DNA of 27,934 nt from a virus. The notes below the pieces were generated by a model. It was given only the letters and a program-made list of their open reading frames with translations, was not told the origin of the DNA and searched no databases. The DNA lies in the UHGV virus genome UHGV-0188207; one strand, 5' to 3'. How positions within the stretch are numbered: position 1 is the stretch's first letter; every line of letters begins with the position of its first letter. The translations under genes and the position numbers were made by a program. Positions 7,641 to 17,110 of this stretch are shown here, in pieces.

Positions 7641-10051
7641 GCCATGCTGATATGAACAACTGCAGCGGCTTTAACGAGGTCGCCGCAGCATTCTCATGGA
7701 ACAGCCCGAAAAAGGCCATTAACCCTTATCTGGACCCGGCGGAAGTTGCGCCGGTTTCTGCGCTTTCAAACCTGATCACTCTGTACGCTACTGATAACGA
7801 GCAGGAACAACTGCGCCGCGAGGCACTGAGTGATCAGGTCTGGGAGCGTTATTTCTTTAATGAATCCCGTGATCCTGTCCAACGCGAAATGGAGCAGGAT
7901 AAGCTCATTAGCCGGGCAAAGATGGCGCATGAGCAGCAGCGTTTTAATCCGGACATGGTCATTCTGGCCGACGTCAACGCCCAGCCTTCCCATATCAGCA
8001 AGCCGCTGATGCAACGTATTGAATATTTCAGCAGCCTGGGCAGGCCAAAGGCTTATTCCCGCTATTTGCGTGAGACGATTAAGCCATGTCTGGAACGACT
8101 GGAGCATGTACGCGACAGCCAGCTATCTGCATCTTTTCGTTTTATGGCAAGCCATGAAGGGCTGGATGGTCTGCTGATCCTGCCTGAAATGAGTCAGGAT
8201 CAGGTGAAACGCCTGTCTACCCTTGTCGCTGCGCATATGAGCATGTGTCTTGATGCCGCTTGTGGTGATTTGTACGCCTCCGATGATGTTAAGCCAGAAG
8301 AAATCCGCAAGACATGGGAAAAGGTGGCTGCAGAAACCCTGCGACTGGATGTCATACCGCCTGCGTTTGAGCAACTCCGCCGGAAAAGAAACCGCCGCAA
8401 ACCTGTGCCCTATGAACTCATTCCGGGTTCGCTGGCGCGTATGCTGTGCGCCGACTGGTGGTATCGGAAATTATGGAAGATGCGTTGCGAATGGCGGGAA
8501 GAGCAGTTGCGTGCTGTCTGCCTGGTCAGCAAAAAAGCATCTCCCTATGTCAGCTATGAAGCCGTGATGCATAAACGTGAGCAGCGCCGTAAGTCGCTGG
8601 AGTTTTTCCGTTCTCATGAACTGGTGAACGAAGACGGCGACACGCTGAACATGGAGGATGTGGTAAACGCCAGCAGCAGCAACCCGGCGCATCGCCGCAA
8701 TGAGATGATGGCCTGTGTTAAAGGCCTGGAGCTTATCGCGGAAATGCGTGGTGACTGCGCCGTTTTCTACACCATCACCTGTCCGTCACGTTTCCATTCC
8801 ACGCTAAATAACGGCAGGCCAAACCCGACCTGGACCAACGCGACAGTAAGACAAAGCAGCGATTATCTGGTCGGCATGTTTGCTGCATTTCGTAAGGCTA
8901 TGCACAAAGCCGGGTTGCGCTGGTATGGCGTGCGGGTGGCTGAGCCGCATCATGACGGCACAGTTCACTGGCACCTGTTGTGTTTCATGCGTAAAAAAGA
9001 CCGCCGCGCCATTACTGCATTGTTGCGTAAGTTTGCCATCCGTGAAGACCGCGAGGAGCTGGGCAATAACACGGGGCCACGCTTTAAGTCTGAGCTGATA
9101 AACCCGCGCAAAGGAACGCCGACAAGCTACATTGCGAAATATATCAGTAAGAATATTGACGGGCGTGGTCTGGCTGGCGAGATCAGTAAGGAAACGGGTA
9201 AATCCCTGCGTGATAACGCTGAATACGTTAATGCCTGGGCGTCTCTGCATCGTGTTCAGCAATTCCGCTTCTTTGGCATTCCGGGGCGTCAGGCTTACCG
9301 TGAACTGCGATTGCTGGCTGGTCAGGCGGCAAGGCAACAGGGTGACAAAAAAGCAGGTGCGCCGGTACTGGATAACCCGCGCCTTGATGCCATCCTGGCT
9401 GCTGCTGATGCTGGTTGTTTTGCCACCTACATCATGAAGCAGGGCGGCGTACTGGTTCCCCGCAAATATCACCTCATCAGAACCGCTTATGAAATCAACG
9501 AAGAGCCAACCGCCTATGGCGATCACGGTATTCGTATTTATGGCATCTGGTCACCCATTGCAGAGGGCAAGATCTGCACTCATGCAGTGAAGTGGAAAAT
9601 GGTTCGTAAGGCCGTTGACGTTCAGGAGGCGGCAGCCGACCAGGGCGCTTGCGCCCCTTGGACTCGTGGCAATAACTGTCCCCTTGCTGAAAATTTGAAC
9701 CAACAGGAGAAAGATAAATCAGCTGATGGGGACCCCAGAACGGACATTACCCGCATGGATGACAAGGTGTTGCACGATTACCTGCACAGTATGAACAAAA
9801 AGGAGCGCCGGGAATTGGCTGCAAGGTTACGTCTGGTGAAACCGAAACGGCGTAGAGACTACAAACAGCGAATTACAGACCATCAACGACAGCAGCTCGT
9901 CTATGAACTGAAATCCAGAGGATTTGATGGCAGCGAGAAAGAGGTCGATTTACTCCTTCGCGGCGGCAGTATTCCGTCAGGAGCAGGCCTGCGTATCTTC
10001 TATCGGAACCAGCGTTTGCAGGAAGATGATAAGTGGCGGAACCTGTATTAA
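7637..10051 (+). CDS. A: Replication initiation endonuclease gpA (rolling-circle HUH nuclease)
   Basis: 804-aa ORF with the HUH motif [11 protein letters not shown] and the size/position typical of P2/186 gene A. Confidence 0.85.
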   Translation: MSHADMNNCSGFNEVAAAFSWNSPKKAINPYLDPAEVAPVSALSNLITLYATDNEQEQLRREALSDQVWERYFFNESRDPVQREMEQDKLISRAKMAHEQQRFNPDMVILADVNAQPSHISKPLMQRIEYFSSLGRPKAYSRYLRETIKPCLERLEHVRDSQLSASFRFMASHEGLDGLLILPEMSQDQVKRLSTLVAAHMSMCLDAACGDLYASDDVKPEEIRKTWEKVAAETLRLDVIPPAFEQLRRKRNRRKPVPYELIPGSLARMLCADWWYRKLWKMRCEWREEQLRAVCLVSKKASPYVSYEAVMHKREQRRKSLEFFRSHELVNEDGDTLNMEDVVNASSSNPAHRRNEMMACVKGLELIAEMRGDCAVFYTITCPSRFHSTLNNGRPNPTWTNATVRQSSDYLVGMFAAFRKAMHKAGLRWYGVRVAEPHHDGTVHWHLLCFMRKKDRRAITALLRKFAIREDREELGNNTGPRFKSELINPRKGTPTSYIAKYISKNIDGRGLAGEISKETGKSLRDNAEYVNAWASLHRVQQFRFFGIPGRQAYRELRLLAGQAARQQGDKKAGAPVLDNPRLDAILAAADAGCFATYIMKQGGVLVPRKYHLIRTAYEINEEPTAYGDHGIRIYGIWSPIAEGKICTHAVKWKMVRKAVDVQEAAADQGACAPWTRGNNCPLAENLNQQEKDKSADGDPRTDITRMDDKVLHDYLHSMNKKERRELAARLRLVKPKRRRDYKQRITDHQRQQLVYELKSRGFDGSEKEVDLLLRGGSIPSGAGLRIFYRNQRLQEDDKWRNLY

Positions 10052-10144
10052 TTACGCTGGTTAACAATTCGTGCTCTTAATAATATCAGGCATATCAGGC
10101 TGATAAGCGTAAAAAAAACGTTTTACATCAGTAAGATTATTATA

Positions 10145-10164
10145 TACTGTAAATATAAACAGTG
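10145..10164. promoter_or_regulatory. LexA (SOS) box TACTGTAAATATAAACAGTG
   Basis: CTGT-N8-ACAG with an AT-rich spacer, close to consensus TACTGTATATATATACAGTA; overlaps a candidate promoter (TTTACA at 10122-10127) about 40 bp upstream of the ORF at 10206. Confidence 0.65.
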
Positions 10165-10205
10165 CTTATACATACAGTATTGCGTGTGGTGTCATAGGAG
10201 GAAAG

Positions 10206-10394
10206 ATGCAGGACTATTTTTTGGAGTCTTTGAAGCTCCAGCGCATTGATTTTTTTCTTAAGCTTGTAGCGGCTAGTGAGTGCGATGATGAAGAGAAGCG
10301 GCTTGCTATCCAGTGGGTTTCGGAGCTGACCGATGAGTTAATGGCGAAAATCCGTACTCATGAGTACAACCGTTCAATGGATCTCCCCGGTTAG
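10206..10394 (+). CDS. Small hypothetical protein downstream of the LexA box (candidate SOS-induced factor, Tum-like antirepressor position)
   Basis: 62-aa ORF with a strong AGGAGG RBS; the assignment is by position only. Confidence 0.4.
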   Translation: MQDYFLESLKLQRIDFFLKLVAASECDDEEKRLAIQWVSELTDELMAKIRTHEYNRSMDLPG

Positions 10395-10979
10395 GCTTAG
10401 GAACGTTGCTGGCGTTAGGACTTGATTCTGACGCTAGCAAGGTTGATCAACGAGCCATGCGAGGCGTTAGTCATGGGCAAAAAAATAGTAACTTCCAGAT
10501 TTTGCTTCGTGCCAGGTATTGAGTAGTTTTATCGCCAGAGGGGCTGTTAGCGCTCAAACTACTAATGGAGCCACACCTTAGATGAGTGATTTGGCTTAAG
10601 CTATGATTATATAGTTTCGCTGTACGGCGGCCTTGCTTTTTATTGAAGCGACCAGACTGGAACAACGGCGAAAGGAGACTAACGATACGCACCAGTTTTT
10701 TGAAAAGGTACAGTTATCTAGATTGGTTGCCAATTTTCGTTGAAACCTGACATACCATTAGGTCATTGCTTTAGAAAAATTAATACTTGATGTGAGAATT
10801 GCTTCAAAACATCTAGAATTAAAGTTTCTTTACTAGTATGCTTCATCACTTGGTCGTTGGGTTGAGTGCAAAAGCTAAGGCTGATGCCCAGTACGCTATC
10901 CGCATTATTGCCAGAGAACCGATTCGAAACCGGAATCTGGCAGAGCATGGGCGCAAGTGCTGGCTTCCCAACGGCCTCG

Positions 10980-11948
10980 TTATTTATAATATGCTGACTT
11001 CAAAACCACTCGTCTTTCAACCTGCTGTGATAGCATTACAGCGTTAGTCCAATCTTTTGGATACCTTATTTCTTCTATAACACGAATATAAGCACATACT
11101 TTATTTTTTCCCTCTCCTTTGGCATAAGTAACCTCTAGATTATTAAATTTCAATAAGTGCTCTCTTCTTTGGTAAGTAAAACAGCCGTAATCACGGACAT
11201 CAGAAGAAGTAATAGCATGAGTTGAAGGAAACCGAACTAGTAAATTTCTCAAGTAGGGAATAATGTCCAAACTCGTTGCTTTGTTTTCTTCTCTGCGACT
11301 CTTTCTGAACATATGTCTCCAACCCAGCCGTGTAAGCTCGATTTTCCCAAGCACCGGAGATGTGATTTCTTTCTGTTCAGAATAACGTTTTTTAACAAAC
11401 GCTCGCCGATTATTAAGTAGTGAGTTTCTTCTTCTTACATGGATTCCTTTTGCTCCAGTTTCACCTGCACGTACCATGGACATACAGCGAGCCAGGTCAA
11501 ACCGTGTGGCCGGAGTGATTAAGTGATATTCTCCATAAGTTTGGTTTTTAAGGGTAGTGTTTGGATGTATATAGGCCCAAAATGCTTTACGATTAGTTCT
11601 GTCAACCCAAACGACACATATATGGTGAGTTGTCCTTTTGGCTGCTTTTTTTGCGGCCGAATTTAATACAAAACCTTTCTCTAATAAATGACCATAAGTT
11701 GCCCCTGATTTAACTTGCGACAATATAAGCATTCTTTCTTTTGATGCCCATGGATGTTCGAAGGATAATATTAAATCTATTTTTGAATTGTCGTCTTCCC
11801 TGGAACCCCAGTGCCCCTCTCCTCTACAAGCAAGAATGAATTGACTCATTGCATAAGATTCGGCGTCACTGCCGTTAACTGAGTTAAACTGTCTTGTTTC
11901 TAGCACAGTTGGTATTGGTCGTGATGCAAGTAAACTGAAAGATCCCAC
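10980..11948 (-). CDS. Hypothetical protein in the AT-rich accessory region (candidate defence/cargo gene)
   Basis: 322-aa ORF with a GTG start and GGAGA RBS; low GC compared with the phage core; possible nuclease-like D...QxK pattern (KIDLILSFEH...LSQVKSG), which is very weak evidence. Confidence 0.55.
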   Translation of the reverse strand: MGSFSLLASRPIPTVLETRQFNSVNGSDAESYAMSQFILACRGEGHWGSREDDNSKIDLILSFEHPWASKERMLILSQVKSGATYGHLLEKGFVLNSAAKKAAKRTTHHICVVWVDRTNRKAFWAYIHPNTTLKNQTYGEYHLITPATRFDLARCMSMVRAGETGAKGIHVRRRNSLLNNRRAFVKKRYSEQKEITSPVLGKIELTRLGWRHMFRKSRREENKATSLDIIPYLRNLLVRFPSTHAITSSDVRDYGCFTYQRREHLLKFNNLEVTYAKGEGKNKVCAYIRVIEEIRYPKDWTNAVMLSQQVERRVVLKSAYYK

Positions 11949-12021
11949 TTATAGTTCTCTCCAAAAAATTGCATAATCTTGAACGCTAAAAAATAGTATA
12001 CAAACTAAAGTATTTTTTCAT

Positions 12022-12240
12022 TTAATTCAATGTATTGGCTAAAATTAAGACATTTATAGCTATATGTACTAGATAACATAGCGTTGTTTTCCTTTTGAAA
12101 TCTCTTCTTGTGGTAACACAACAGTATTTACTCAAGTAGTTTGTCACTGCATGGGGAGATTTTGCTATGTCCGCGGCATCATACAGATGCGATAGATTTT
12201 CAGCATGACCTTGGGTAGCAAATCTGTAGGTATCATCCAT
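12022..12240 (-). CDS. Possible small ORF upstream of the 322-aa gene (uncertain)
   Basis: 72-aa ORF on the same strand 73 bp upstream of the 322-aa gene; marginal RBS spacing. Confidence 0.25.
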   Translation of the reverse strand: MDDTYRFATQGHAENLSHLYDAADIAKSPHAVTNYLSKYCCVTTRRDFKRKTTLCYLVHIAINVLILANTLN

Positions 12241-12385
12241 TGCACCTCAAAGTAACTCTGGTGCATACCTATGCTGCATGAAAATGAATGATCGCTAGTG
12301 GATCGTTTATGTCGAAGCCTGCCAGTTCTGACGGGCTTTTGCTTATGTTATGCAACTGCATGAAAACCACTACACAAAGCGGGCA

Positions 12386-12404
12386 GGCGTGGCGGGGATA
12401 CGAG
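12386..12404. other. Candidate cos (cohesive end) core GGCGTGGCGGGGATACGAG
   Basis: First 13 nt GGCGTGGCGGGGA match the 186/P2 cos 19-mer as I recall it (GGCG[T/A]GGCGGGGAAAGCA[T/C]); the 3' six positions diverge. Confidence 0.4.
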
Positions 12405-12556
12405 CGCGCGCTAAGTCATATAAGAGTTATATATTGATTTGATTGCTGGACATGCATACAGTATCGCTCTATCATCTAATAAATCTTAGAGTATTTGACA
12501 ATGTTTGGATAAAATGGAACCTAACTTATTCATAATCCGCTAAACAGGGATGTCAG

Positions 12557-13471
12557 ATGCCATACCAATTGGTAGAGCTTAGCCCCGTAGCTAACGATCT
12601 TGAACAGTTAGGAACCAAAGAGAAGTTTTGGTTCTATTTCTCCGATGACACTGTAAATTTGCAGTTGTTTAAGTACTCTAGGCCAGGTACTGGCGAGCAT
12701 TGGTCTGAAAAGTGTGCTGCTGAGTTATGTCATTTGCTTAACATTCCACATGCTAGCTATGATTTGGCGCGATACAATGGTCGATTCGGTGTGGTGACTC
12801 AGAATATCATTCCATCTGGTTTCCGGATGGTAATGGGAAATGAAGTGCTTCACAGTTCGACATTCGATTATCCTGGGCCTTTACAAGCCGGGGAAAAGCC
12901 GGTAAGGGTCAGAGAACACACTGTCACAAGGGTATTGGGTTGTTTGGATAGGGAATCTATCAAGCCTCCTCCGAGTGTATATGATCTAACCGGGCTAAAT
13001 GCAGCAGATGTATTTTGTGGATATTTGATGCTCGATGCACTTGTGAGTAATCAAGATCGCCATCATGAAAATTGGGCGATCATGCTTAACAATGAAACTG
13101 GTGAGCAGTTTTTGTGTCCAACATACGATCATGCCGCTAGTTTAGGAAGGGAGATGTTAGATGATGAGCGTAACGAACGGCTTAATACTAAAGATAAAAA
13201 TCGACAAATCCCATGTTTTGTAAGAAAAGCTCGCTCTGAGCTATTCAAAGCAAAAACTGATAAAAAGCCCTTGCTGACCGTTGAAGCATTTCAACATGCA
13301 GTTGAAGGGAGAGTTGCCGCTCGCGACCATTGGTTAGGTAAGTTGAGCGTTTTAACAGAAGATTCCATTACAGATGTGTTTAACCAAGTGCCTTCATCGT
13401 GTATATCCGACAGTGCACGTAGATTTGCAACGTTAATGGTAATGGAAAATCGCAGAAGGTTACTAGAATGA
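12557..13471 (+). CDS. HipA-family (HipT-like) Ser/Thr kinase core lacking the HipA N-terminal subdomain
   Basis: 304-aa ORF with LGTKEKF (cf. HipA GAQEK loop), DALVSNQDRHHENW (catalytic loop, cf. HipA GATDGHAKNF) and CPTYDHAAS (cf. HipA PFYDIIS); AGGGA RBS; motif comparison from memory only. Confidence 0.6.
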   Translation: MPYQLVELSPVANDLEQLGTKEKFWFYFSDDTVNLQLFKYSRPGTGEHWSEKCAAELCHLLNIPHASYDLARYNGRFGVVTQNIIPSGFRMVMGNEVLHSSTFDYPGPLQAGEKPVRVREHTVTRVLGCLDRESIKPPPSVYDLTGLNAADVFCGYLMLDALVSNQDRHHENWAIMLNNETGEQFLCPTYDHAASLGREMLDDERNERLNTKDKNRQIPCFVRKARSELFKAKTDKKPLLTVEAFQHAVEGRVAARDHWLGKLSVLTEDSITDVFNQVPSSCISDSARRFATLMVMENRRRLLE

Positions 13472-14208
13472 CTAATACAAACTCCGTTTACGTCGCATGG
13501 CAGGCACCAGATACCAGAGACTGGCATGTTGTTGGTAACTTGCAAGAGCGCAAATCGGGGTATGTTTTCAGGTATACCAAAGGTGCTCTTAAATCTACTA
13601 AATTTACAAAGTTTAGCGGCATGAGTGATGTTCGTGAAACTTATGTTTCGGAAGAATTGTTTCCTCTTTTTAAAAATCGCCTTTTATCACCGAGACGTCC
13701 AGAGTATCCGAGTTTCATTAAATGGCTTGGATTTGAAGAAGATAAGGTAAATCCTATCGATATTCTTGCTCGCTCGGGAGGCTTACGAAGCACTGATCAG
13801 CTGCAGATTTTCAAAAAAATTGATGTTGATTCTGATGGTAACTTTGAGCATTTTTTCTTCTTACATGGACTTGGTTACTTAAATAGCTTAGCTAATGCTC
13901 GTGTATCTGAATTGAAACCGGGGCAAATTTTGCGTCTTTGCTTGGATCTTCAAAATGAATACGATGGGGATGCTGTTGTCGTTCGTGCAGATAAACCAGC
14001 TGAAATCGTTGGTTACTGCCCTAGGTATTTAAGTAATGATATCAAGAAGATGTTATTGGATGATCCAAAATCAATCACTTTAACGGTCGAAAAGATTAGC
14101 GATGATGCTCCTCATAACTATCGGTTATTATGTAAATTATCAGGAGTACTAAGCCAAGCCTGTCAATCGACGCTGATTCCTCAGGATGAGTTTGAACCTA
14201 TTGAGTAA
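13468..14208 (+). CDS. Protein with C-terminal HIRAN-like domain and an N-terminal region resembling the HipA N-subdomain (HipS-like)
   Basis: 246-aa ORF, ATGA overlap with the kinase gene; C-terminal DGDAVVVRADKPAEIVGYCPRYLSNDIKKML resembles the HIRAN signature; N-terminal FPLFKNRLLSPRRP / NPIDILARSGGLRSTD resemble HipA FNFFDNLLPDSP / FDLLSEIGRDSVG. Confidence 0.5.
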   Translation: MTNTNSVYVAWQAPDTRDWHVVGNLQERKSGYVFRYTKGALKSTKFTKFSGMSDVRETYVSEELFPLFKNRLLSPRRPEYPSFIKWLGFEEDKVNPIDILARSGGLRSTDQLQIFKKIDVDSDGNFEHFFFLHGLGYLNSLANARVSELKPGQILRLCLDLQNEYDGDAVVVRADKPAEIVGYCPRYLSNDIKKMLLDDPKSITLTVEKISDDAPHNYRLLCKLSGVLSQACQSTLIPQDEFEPIE

Positions 14209-14211
14209 ATG

Positions 14212-14242
14212 AAGAAAAGCCACCAAACGGTGGCTTTTCTTA
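14212..14242. terminator. Bidirectional hairpin terminator between the convergent HIRAN-protein gene and the portal gene
   Basis: AAAAGCCACC-aaac-GGTGGCTTTT stem-loop flanked by T-rich sequence on both strands. Confidence 0.5.
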
Positions 14243-15283
14243 TTATGGGACTATATCTAGCGAGTAGGTATTAAACTGTATCGCCTCCTTGCCAAGCCAA
14301 TCATTCATCTCCTGTAATCGCTTTTGTAGTGGCATTAGCTCATTTCGGACGAATACACGGCTTGCCTTTTCCACATCCCCAAACCCCCCAACATTATTCG
14401 GCATAATCCCCATCATTTGCGGCGGCACGCGGTGCGCTGCCATCATGTCATCCCGACTCACGTTCTTGATGTTAAGAAATTCATCCTTCGCCGCGACTTC
14501 TGACAATGGGATGATCTGAAGCCCGTCTTTTTTGCCGTTAGGTGAGTACATAAACAGGTTGCGGAAGTTGCCTGGACCTTTGGCGCTTTTCATCGCGTTG
14601 CGGAGGTTGTTCACATCCTCCTGATTCTGCGCGGCATCGGTCATGTACATGATGAAGCCTGCATGGCTGCCGTTGATGTAATACTTACGGCGGAACAACG
14701 TGGCGGACTCGTTGAGCAGGGCTGACGGAATGGCAGAAAGATAACCGGGCAGGCCGTAGATCTCTTGGTTAATATCCGGTTCCATCAGATGAAAGATGCT
14801 GCCTTTCGTGAACTGATACGGCTGCGTAGTCATGCCGTATTGCACAAACCAGTAGGTATCCAGGTCTAACCCGCGTCGGGTGTATTTTGCCAGCGCAGGT
14901 TCAAGGGCGATAACTTCACCGAAGCGGTTCGTGCGTTTCTCCAGGTAGGCGTTACCAAATACCAGATAGTCCTGCACAAAACGTGAAAAAGCCTGCTGGC
15001 TGAGCAGCGGGTGAGGGATATAGGTGCTGGTCAGAATGTTGCACTTTACTGCAATCGGTGAGCTGTGGTGTACGGCGGCGCGGAATGTTCGCGCCAGGCC
15101 GTCGAAACTCACAGGCGGCTCATACCAGCGGTCCATCTGTACGCATTCCACATAGTCCAGCAGTTCGCGACGGTCCAGAACAGGAACGGGATCGCCGAAG
15201 CTGAATGCTTCGGCTGAAGTCTGGCTTTTATGCTGGATCTGATTCATCGCCGCTGCGCGGTTTTTCTTACTCTTTCCCATCAA
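14243..15283 (-). CDS. Q: Portal protein gpQ
   Basis: 346-aa ORF; size, position (divergent from the O-N-M-L operon, next to terminase) and sequence family typical of P2 Q. Confidence 0.85.
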   Translation of the reverse strand: MMGKSKKNRAAAMNQIQHKSQTSAEAFSFGDPVPVLDRRELLDYVECVQMDRWYEPPVSFDGLARTFRAAVHHSSPIAVKCNILTSTYIPHPLLSQQAFSRFVQDYLVFGNAYLEKRTNRFGEVIALEPALAKYTRRGLDLDTYWFVQYGMTTQPYQFTKGSIFHLMEPDINQEIYGLPGYLSAIPSALLNESATLFRRKYYINGSHAGFIMYMTDAAQNQEDVNNLRNAMKSAKGPGNFRNLFMYSPNGKKDGLQIIPLSEVAAKDEFLNIKNVSRDDMMAAHRVPPQMMGIMPNNVGGFGDVEKASRVFVRNELMPLQKRLQEMNDWLGKEAIQFNTYSLDIVP

Positions 15284-17046
15284 AAAATCTCCACAATATT
15301 GCTGGTATTGGCGGATTCGCCCTGCAGCGGTTCGTTAAACAGTGCGTGCATCGTTGCCCATGCCAGATCGGCGTGGCTGGCTTCTTCGCTGCGGCTGGCT
15401 TCATAGGTCGGGCGGTTGCCACTGGCGGTGGTGGAGCGACGGATTGCCATAAAGGACTGCGCTATGTCGGTGTGTCCGGCGTCAAACTCCAGACGGCGGT
15501 GGCTGATAATGTCGTAGGCCTTGAGTACCAGGGCGTTTTTAACGTTGGGGTTGTAGACAAACTCCCGGACGGCAGGAAAGAACGCTTTCACGTTCTCGTA
15601 AACCCCGTGACCAACGCCGGTTGAGTCGATGCCGATGTAGGTCACGTTGTACTGCTCGGTCAGTTTTTTGATTGCGTCCGCCTGGGCACGGAAGTCCATC
15701 CCGCGCCACTGGTGACGCTCAAGAATGCGAAACTTACCGCCTGGCACGGCTGGCGGTGCCACCACCACGCATCCGGCGCTGTCGCCGTTCTGCGTACCTT
15801 TTGCCGGGTCATAACCGATCCACACTTCGCGCCAGCCAAATGGGCGCAGGGCCAGAGCATGAAAGTCGGTCCAGACTTCCCAACTGTCCACCATGCACGC
15901 CTGCAGCTCGCTGAGCGGAAACACGGACGCGAGATCGTCCACAAACTCGCACATCAGCAGGTTCTGGTATTCGTCCGGGCTGTACTCCATGCGCAACTGG
16001 TCAAGGTCGAACAGGTTACAGCCGCCGCGCACCGCATCTTCCACGGTGACTATCTGGCGGTATTGCCCGTCGGCGCACAGCTGGCCGGGGGCCAGATTGC
16101 TGTGGGACAGGTCGATGTCCACCTTATCGGCTTTGTTGCGCCCACGGTTGAACAGCGCACCGGACCAGAACGGATAAGCACTATGAGTCAGGCTGGATGG
16201 CGTGGAAAAATAGGTTTGTCGCCATTTCTTGTGAATAGCCATACCGGAAGCCACTTTGCGCAGCTCCTGGAATTTCGGTATCCAGAAATATTCATCCAGA
16301 TACAGGTTGCCGTGATAACTCTGGGCAGTGCGGGCATTGGTGCCGAGGAAGTAAAGCGTGGCCCCGTTAGGAAGCACCATCGGATCGCCTTTCAGCTCCA
16401 CCTCCACTTCTTTGGCGAAGTCGATGATGTACTGCTTAAAGACATGGGCCTGAGCCTTGCTGGCGGAAAGGAAAATCTGGTTACGCCCGGTTAGCAGGGC
16501 GTCAATCAGGGCTTCACGGGCAAAATAGAAGGTCGCGCCGATCTGGCGTGACTTCAGCAGGTTGCGGATGCGGTTGGTTTTTCCGGCTTCCCACCAGTGG
16601 CGCTGGTAGTTGAACATGGAGGAATGGAAGATTTCTTCCAGCTTCTCAATCTGTTCATCGGTGAAAACGTTCTTTTCCGGCTGACGGCGCGGGCCTTTGT
16701 TACGGTTGGCGACGTTAGGGTTTAAGTCGGCTTCGTTGCCGCCATTGTTAAACTTGCCGATCCGCGCGTGGCGTTCCGACTGGCGCGCCAGCAGGTCAAT
16801 CTCTTTGAAATCTTTCCCTTCTTTGTGCTCCTTCATAATGAGCTGGCAGTAGCGTGCGGCGGTGGTGAGCTGCATCTGATCCAGCGGCCCATAGTCACCC
16901 CACTTGTCGCGTTTTTTCCAGCTGTGAACGGTTGAAACTTTCTCTCCCAGCATTTCAGCAATGCGGGCGACGCGGTATCCCTGAAAGTACAGCAGCATGG
17001 CCTGCCGACGGGGATCGAGATCTGCGGGTGTCAGTGTGGTGTTCAT
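15280..17046 (-). CDS. P: Terminase large (ATPase) subunit gpP
   Basis: 588-aa ORF upstream of Q on the same strand, ATGA-coupled; P2 P-like. Confidence 0.85.
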   Translation of the reverse strand: MNTTLTPADLDPRRQAMLLYFQGYRVARIAEMLGEKVSTVHSWKKRDKWGDYGPLDQMQLTTAARYCQLIMKEHKEGKDFKEIDLLARQSERHARIGKFNNGGNEADLNPNVANRNKGPRRQPEKNVFTDEQIEKLEEIFHSSMFNYQRHWWEAGKTNRIRNLLKSRQIGATFYFAREALIDALLTGRNQIFLSASKAQAHVFKQYIIDFAKEVEVELKGDPMVLPNGATLYFLGTNARTAQSYHGNLYLDEYFWIPKFQELRKVASGMAIHKKWRQTYFSTPSSLTHSAYPFWSGALFNRGRNKADKVDIDLSHSNLAPGQLCADGQYRQIVTVEDAVRGGCNLFDLDQLRMEYSPDEYQNLLMCEFVDDLASVFPLSELQACMVDSWEVWTDFHALALRPFGWREVWIGYDPAKGTQNGDSAGCVVVAPPAVPGGKFRILERHQWRGMDFRAQADAIKKLTEQYNVTYIGIDSTGVGHGVYENVKAFFPAVREFVYNPNVKNALVLKAYDIISHRRLEFDAGHTDIAQSFMAIRRSTTASGNRPTYEASRSEEASHADLAWATMHALFNEPLQGESANTSNIVEIF

Positions 17047-17092
17047 GGCACAAACCTACAGCCTTGAATGAAGGCTTTCCCCGCCTGCGGTT

Positions 17093-17110
17093 TGTGTGGT
17101 TGTCGGTACA
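17093..17110. promoter_or_regulatory. Late-promoter activator site (TGT-N12-ACA) in the P/O divergent intergenic region
   Basis: TGTGTGGTTGTCGGTACA; this dyad pattern is the known Ogr/B/Delta activator half-site arrangement of P2/186/P4 late promoters. Confidence 0.45.

Noticed and set aside
8804-9526. 240-aa minus-strand ORF
   Set aside because: Antisense inside replication gene A; low-complexity composition; gene A on the plus strand explains the region.
10052-10120. Terminator after gene A
   Set aside because: The TATCAG/CTGATA hairpin is followed by an A-tract rather than a T-tract on the coding strand, so it is not a canonical intrinsic terminator.
10395-12556. Possible retron or CRISPR array in the AT-rich accessory region
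   Set aside because: No regularly spaced direct repeats were seen and the 322-aa protein lacks reverse-transcriptase motifs (no YADD-like box), so neither is supported.
15712-16494. 260-aa plus-strand ORF
   Set aside because: Lies entirely antisense within the terminase large-subunit gene; GC-rich antisense frames commonly stay open; no RBS and a non-protein-like composition.
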